NCBI GenBank assembly: GCA_964016885.1
Contig: OZ024742.1
Coordinates: forward strand, 350,052,001 to 350,116,000
DNA: 64,000 bases
Source of the DNA: Eledone cirrhosa
Lineage: Eukaryota
Direction of reading: 5' to 3'
Numbering within the stretch: the first letter of the stretch is position 1; the number at the start of each line of letters is the position of its first letter. Made by a program: the position numbers and the translations under genes. Below the pieces are notes generated by a model. That model had not been told where the DNA came from. It saw nothing but the letters and a program-made list of their open reading frames with translations, and did not search any database. Shown piece by piece: positions 57,613 to 64,000 of the stretch.

Positions 57613-57802
57613 CGGTGGATTGGCGGTATCGGTAGAAGGTCGGACTCCATGCTTTGCAACACAGAGTTACACCCATTTACGGTCTGAGTTCAAATCCCAC
57701 TGAGGTTAACTTAGCCTTTCATCCTTACGGGGTTGATAAAATAAAGTACCAGTAACACACTGGTTAATTGCTGGCCTTTGCCAAAAGTACAAACAATTAT
57801 TT
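57613..57802 (+). mobile_element. tRNA-derived SINE (main family)
   Basis: Full-length match to 40315-40505. Confidence 0.88.
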
Positions 57803-57959
57803 CATTCAATAATATCTTTTGTTACATGTATACATACATACATACATACATACATACATAAACACACATACATACATACTTCCATACATACATACATCAC
57901 ACATACATACATACATACACACACACATATATACAAAAGAGATATGGATGCATGCAAAA

Positions 57960-58803
57960 CACCTAAATGTGATAACAAGTGCAGACTCTGCAGAATTAAC
58001 ATCGAAGATGTCACCCATGTCATCAACAGCTGTCCAAAGATGTCATCGCGGTACTATCTACCTATGAGGCATGATGTAGTGGCCAAAACAGTGTACAATG
58101 CTATCCGTAGAAAAGATAGTCCCGATAATAAACACATTAAAAGCTACAGCAATGTGGAAGACATACATATACATAATATGAAAGAGTACTGGTGGAATGT
58201 TCCAGTAAAAACCCCAATAAAATGCAGGCATAACAGACCAGATATAATGATATGGGACAGGGAGAAGAAAGCATGCACAGTAGTGGAAGTTAGCTGCCCA
58301 GCAGATGCCAATATAATATCAAAGATTAGCGAAAAGGAGAATATTTATGCAGAACTGATGAGAAATCTGCAGATATTCCACCGTGATTACACCTTCAGAT
58401 TTATGGCTGTGAATATTGGGGCACTGGGGTATGTTAGTAACTGCCTCAATACAAATCTTGAGAAGCTGGGATTCACAGGAACTGAAAGAACACAACTAGT
58501 TAGGGGATTACAAGTACAATCCATTAATGGAACAGTAAAAATATGTAAAACATTCCAAATATTTTGCATCTAATAACTGCATATACACATGTACAGATAT
58601 AAAGCATATACACATACACACATACAACTCAAAACATACACATCCACACATACAATAACATCCATATCAACGTATGCATGCAGACATACATACATAATCT
58701 ACCTAGTTGATGTGTAAATTCCAATGAGAGAGTCTTGTGTCTATGTTAGAAACTGACTCTCTCTCTATTGGGAAAAATTTGTGAAATTATAAAACCAGAA
58801 GAA
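57960..58803 (+). mobile_element. 3' end of an RLE-encoding non-LTR retrotransposon (R4/NeSL/R2-superfamily type); ORF to 58573
   Basis: CRLC...EDVTHVINSC zinc finger, RHD, RPD...VEV...EK PD-(D/E)xK nuclease motifs. (CATA)n on both sides. Confidence 0.85.
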
Positions 58804-58900
58804 TATACATACATACACACACACACACACATACACACATACATACATACATACATACATACATACATACATACATACATACATACATACATACATACAT

Positions 58901-59510
58901 GGTGGCTGCCAACTCGTTTTCGAGTATGGCCACTACTTTATATCCATGTAGGAGAACCCTTACAGATGCGCTGAACGAGTGTGACTTTTTAGTCCAGCCA
59001 GCGACTTGAAAACACCGGAACAAACACTACACTTGTGACAATTATTGACACATAGTGCTGGGCCCATGGTACCATGTGATGACAAGTGCAGAGAGATCTC
59101 CAGATATAAAGCAATGCCTGTGCCGTGAAGCTTTTATAGTGAGCAAAGGCACTGCACAAAGCCAGTCCCACTCTCTTAACGAAGATGATATTTACCAAAA
59201 AGAAGAACAAGTCAACATCATTGGATACCATCAGAGTTACAGGTGTTATATCAGAGTTTTCCTTCTCCTAGAATTCTGCCTTGACAAAGGTAAGGGGTCA
59301 TCTCTCCCGGTGATTTTGGATGGCCATTGACTCTTAAGAGCTCCTTTGCCCTTTGACAGGTTTTGTTTTTAGTCCCGCAGGATGTCCAAAGTCACCCTCC
59401 TCACCAAGAAACCTTGGTGGGGTTGCCAGTTTAGTCGCCAACGACCCGACCATGAGACAGGTTGTACTGGGTTACATGTTACCAGTAGCACTAACTGGTA
59501 ACCTGACATA
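58901..59510 (-). mobile_element. ~610-bp non-autonomous RTE-derived element, copy 1
   Basis: Minus strand has the RTE 5'-UTR-like motif CTAGGAGAAGGAAAACTCTGA and ends in (TATG)n. Confidence 0.65.
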
Positions 59511-59645
59511 ATGTATGTACAACATAGATACACACATAATAGCTGCAACTCGATTTCGAAGAATGCCATCACTTGACACATAACCATGAGCATCACAGAC
59601 GTGGCTTTATAGTACTGCTAAGGATTTGCCTATGGCCAGCAATAG

Positions 59646-60545
59646 ACCTGGTGTAGACCTGGTGGAGGATGGTGTAGGATGGTGGAGGATGGTGGCGAAT
59701 GGTGTAGGATGGTGTAGGATGGTGGAGGATGGTGGAGGATGGTGTAGGATGGTGTAGGATGGTGGAGGATGGTGGAGGATGGTGTAGGATGGTGTAGGAT
59801 GGTGGAGGATGGTGGAGGATGGTGGGATTTGGTGTAGGATGGTGTAGACCTGGTGTAGGATGGTGTAGATGGTGGAGGATGGGGGAGGATGGTGGAGATT
59901 TGGTGTAGGATGGTGTAGGATGGTGTAGGATGGTGGAGGATGGTGTAGGATGGTGTAGGATGGTATAGGGTGGTATAGGGTGGTGTAGGATGGTGTAGGA
60001 TGGTGGAGGATGGGGGAGGATGGTGGAGGATGGTGTAGGATGGTGTAGGATGGTGGAGATCTGGTGTAGGATGGTGTAGGATGATGTAGGGTGGTGTGGG
60101 ATGGTATAGGATGGTATAGGATGGTGTAGGATGGTGTAGGGTGGTGTAGGATGGTGTAGGATGGTGGAGGATGGTGGAGGATGGTGTAGGATGGTGTAGG
60201 ATGGTGTAGGATGGTGTAGCATGGTGTAGGGTGGTGTAGGATGGTGTAGGGTGGTATAGGATGGTGTAGGATGGTGTAGGATGGTGGAGACCCGGTGTAG
60301 GATGGTATAGGATGGTATAGGATGGTATAGGATGGTGTAGGTTGGTGGAGGATGGTGCAGGATGGTGTAGGATGGTGTAGGATGGTGTAGGATGGTGTAG
60401 GGTGGTGTAGGTGGTATAGGGTCGTATAGGATGGTGTAGGATGGTATAAGATGGTTTAGGATGGTATAGGATGGTATAGGATGTAGTATACCTGGTGTAG
60501 GATGGTATAGGATGGTGTAGGATAGTGTAGGGTGGTGTAGGATAG
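59646..60545. repeat. 10-bp minisatellite GGTGTAGGAT/GGTGGAGGAT
   Basis: About 900 bp of tandem units. Source of the His/Pro-rich ORF artefacts. Confidence 0.95.
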
Positions 60546-60638
60546 TCTCCACCAGGTTTAAAGTGTGTCAATATGTTGAAACTACAATTACGGGTTCATA
60601 CATGTTCACAACATAAATGCATATATACATACATACAT

Positions 60639-61249
60639 GGTGGCTGCCAACTCGTTTTCGAGTACGGCCACTACTTTATATCCATGTAGGAGAACCCCTA
60701 CAGATGCGCTGAACGAGTGTGACTTTTTAGTCCAGCCAGCGACTTGAAAACTCTGGTACAAACACTACACTTGTGACAATTATTGACACATAGTGCTGGG
60801 CCCATGGTACCATGTGATGACAAGTGCAGAGAGATCTCCAGATATAAAGCAATGCCTGTGCCATGAAGCTTTTATAGTGAGTAAAGGCACTGCACAAAGC
60901 CAGTCCCACTCTCTTAACCAAGATGATATTTACCAAAAAGAAGAACAAGTCAACATCATTGGATACCATCAGAGTTGCAGGTGTTATATCAGAGTTTTCC
61001 TTCTCCTAGAATTCTGCCTTGACAAAGGCTAAGGGGTCATCTCTCCCGGTGATTTTGGATGGCCATTGACTCTTAAGAGCTCCTTTGCCCTTTGACAGGT
61101 TTTGTTTTTAGTCCCGCAGGATGTCCAAAGTCACCCTCCTCACCAAGAAAGCTTGGTGGCGTTGCCAGTTTAGTCGCCAACGACCCGACCATGAGACAGG
61201 TTGTACTGGGATACATGTTACCAGTAGCACCAACTGGTGACCTGACATA
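60639..61249 (-). mobile_element. ~610-bp non-autonomous RTE-derived element, copy 2
   Basis: Highly similar direct repeat of 58901-59510 (offset 1738), with (CATA)n on both sides. Confidence 0.65.
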
Positions 61250-61274
61250 ATACATACATACATACATACATACA

Positions 61275-61308
<34 letters not shown>

Positions 61309-61399
61309 CATATATACATATATATATATACAAATATAAATTCAGCGAGAATCGCATTTCGGCGGGTAGAAAAAGCGAAACGTAACGCAAATTCCGAGG

Positions 61400-61857
61400 C
61401 CATATATATGGTGGACGAGGTTAAAAGGACTGAGGGCAAACACCTTTCTCTCCGGACAACAACTTATCCCCTTCCTTAAGTACTACTTCAGAAGGAAGGT
61501 GAGAGTGGAGAGAGAGGTGCTACACCCCAGTAAATTCGCTGAAAGGTGGGTGAATGTGGCAAAAATGGTCCGAGTGAATGGGCCTTCTCTGTATATAAAC
61601 CTGTAGGTTGAGGAAGATAAACAGAGGGAAGACAGGAACACCTACAAAACGTGTTCCTGGTGTTGAGGGTTGTTCTATCCACGGGATGTAAAACAACCCT
61701 GCAGTAACGTTTCCCTCTACTGGGGATTTCAATTGTTATTTCATTATATATAGTTTATTGTTATTTATTAATGCTAAAGTTATTTTTATGTAAAACCCCC
61801 GCCGTCACGTCTTGTAATGTCCCATTTTTGTACGCCCCTGTGGCAAATAAAGAAAGA
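61400..61857 (+). mobile_element. Tx1/L1-type LINE 3' end (ORF2 tail 61409-61606, 3' UTR, AATAAA), followed by (TATC)n
   Basis: Translates to WWTRLKGLRANTFLSG...RVEREVLHPSKFAERW...INL*, matching WWTRLKGL...RVEREVL at 47650-47767. Not in the ORF track. Confidence 0.85.
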
Positions 61858-61910
<53 letters not shown>

Positions 61911-61911
<1 letters not shown>

Positions 61912-64000
61912 AGGCTGCATCGTACGAAGCAAAATACGTGCTCTGGGAAACGAGGGGACCAAAGCTGTTAGCTGGGCCCGCGTGACAGAAACGAAAAGAG
62001 GGAGCAGATCCACTATCTGGTCTTTGCGAGACCAGGATGGACGGGTGATCCTTGAACCTAAGCAGATGTGCGAGGCTTTTCAAAAGCACTTTGCCGGATT
62101 GTTCGGAAGGGGCGGGGAGCTGGTTGGGGATGTGGACTTCGGTCCATACCTCGACGGCCTGCCGCGTCTCTCGGACAGGGAGGCGAAGTCCTGCGAGGAG
62201 CCGATTTCAGCCGCTGAGATAGAGGACGTGCTGAGCCAATGCGGCAAACGCAAATCCCCGGGTCTCAATGGTCTTCCATACGAACTGTATCTAGCTATGC
62301 CGGACTTGTTCCCCGATCTCCTCGAGGCGGTCTACTGCAACTGGCAACAGAACGGGAGAATTCCCTGTGCTGTGACGAAGGGCGTAGTCACGCTAGTGAG
62401 GAAGGACGAGAACAAGGGGGACGATATAAATAATTTCAGGCCCATAACTCTGCTAAATACAGAGTTACAGATGTTGGCCAAGGTGCTAGCAAAGAGGTTG
62501 GCGCTTGTCGTGGGCAACCTGGTGGGAGATGCGCAAACATGTGCTATCCCGTCCAGGTCCATCCACGACAACCTCCACCTCATGCGATACATCATAGAGA
62601 GGGTTGGGAACGAACCCGGCTTTGGTGGGGCCCTGATCAACTTGGATCAATCTAAGGCGTTCGATAAGGTCGACCATGGTTACCTGGATGCGGTGCTAGC
62701 GGCGGCAGGCTTCGGACCCGTTTTCAGAGGCTGGATCAATGCCATGCACAGCAGCCGCATCTGCTCTAGGGTCAAGGTGAACGGCTACCTCTCGGAGCCG
62801 TTCGAAATCGCGCGGTCCATCCGACAAGGGTGCCCTCTCTCCTCCCTTCTGTATGTAATGACTCTAGAACCACTGCTGTGGAAGCTGGAGTTGTTGCAGG
62901 GCATCCCGTTGGAACCGTAATGGTGTCGACGGCCTCGGAAATCGGGGCGATCGGCACCCTACTGGAGGAGTACGAAAGGTTTACCGGGGCTAAGCTGAAC
63001 CGGGACATGTCAATCGGTCTGCAACTCGGCACGTGGAGGGGCAGATCGATGCCCTCCGATGGCGTCGTCGGGCGCTGGACGGAGGGCCCGGTGAAGTTGC
63101 TGGGGGTCTGGTTCGGACCAGATCTCCAGGTGGAGAAGAACTGGGGTGAGGTAACGAACAGGGTGTTTGCACTGACGCAGAAGTGGGCCGAGTGTAAACT
63201 GTCCCTGAAAGGTCGGGCGGAGGTGGCGAACACTTATATAGCGTCCGTCATCTACTACCGCCTGACCGTCGTGCCTTGCCCAAGGGAAACGCTCGCCAAA
63301 ATGGAACGCGCACTCTTCCAATTCCTCGGGAAGCAGCGGGCTCCTATGGTGAGGAGATCCATCTGCTGTCAACACCCTTCGAAAGGAGGGCTGGGGATGC
63401 CGTGGCTAATGATGCGTTTAACACGCATTAAGGCTACGGCACCTCCAGGTATTCCTCACCGGCCAACCGGTGTGGGCCCCATTTGTGAGGCGAGATTTCC
63501 CAGACTCGTCTCACTCACCGAGCTGCAATCCTGGGTCAAGCAAAGACCGAGAAAACTGAGCGCTTGGCACACCGAGTGTGCCCAGGCGCTCGCGGCTCTC
63601 TGGCAGGCGGACCCGGTTGTCAGTGGAGAATCCACCTCGTCATTCTATAGAGGGCATGGAGGAAGACGAACTGGCCAACCTCTTCGGTAGGACATTCAGC
63701 CTGGGACCCATGGATAACTTCCAGATGTCCCTGGCCTGGCAGTGCTACCGAGGGGCTCTGTCCGTTCGAGAAAGGCTCTACAGACACGGGCGCCCGGGTA
63801 GGGACCCCTCGAAAAAGATCTGTCCCAGATGCGTGTGCGACGAAGAAACCGCTGCACACGCATTGGTACACTGCTCGGGCATTGCCGATCTGTGGGGCTA
63901 TGTCGAACAACTGCTGTCAAGGGTGGGACCGATCCGGTTTACCACCGAGTCTATTGTAACTATCAAGCCGCCTCCCCTCTTCAAAAACGAAGGAGAGGCG
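61911..64000 (+). mobile_element. 5'-truncated Tx1/L1-type LINE ORF2 (RT), degenerate, runs off the window
   Basis: KSPGLNGLPYE, FRPITLLN, DQSKAFDKVDH, IRQGCPLS. The YADD segment is deleted at ~62918. Diverged relative of the 44432-47767 copy. Confidence 0.92.

Noticed and set aside
59593-60571. His/Pro/Thr-rich 313-319 aa ORFs (extensin-like)
   Set aside because: Stop-free frames of the 10-bp minisatellite.

Overview
AT-rich, gene-free eukaryotic repeat region. The SINE types and the extreme (TA)n/(CA)n load suggest an octopus-like mollusc (inference). No host protein-coding gene is supported, and most listed ORFs are microsatellite artefacts. Main contents: (i) a 9.8-kb array of a 16-bp satellite with a 1824-bp (114-mer) higher-order repeat; (ii) three Penelope-like element (PLE) coding remnants (RT + GIY-YIG), one forming a ~4-kb head-to-head palindrome; (iii) many short non-coding inverted-repeat elements in (TA)n tracts carrying whole or half type I hammerhead ribozymes (HHR); (iv) three Tx1/L1-type LINE copies, an RLE-type (R4/NeSL-like) LINE 3' end, RTE-derived non-autonomous repeats, tRNA-derived SINEs and a hAT remnant. 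The most notable signal is one architecture shared by several unrelated PLE-type families: (TA)n - short arm - fold-back - long arm with a 40-90 nt tail - (TA)n. In five short elements the fold-back apex is hammerhead stem II, and one element looks like exactly one turn of a circular or tandem template.
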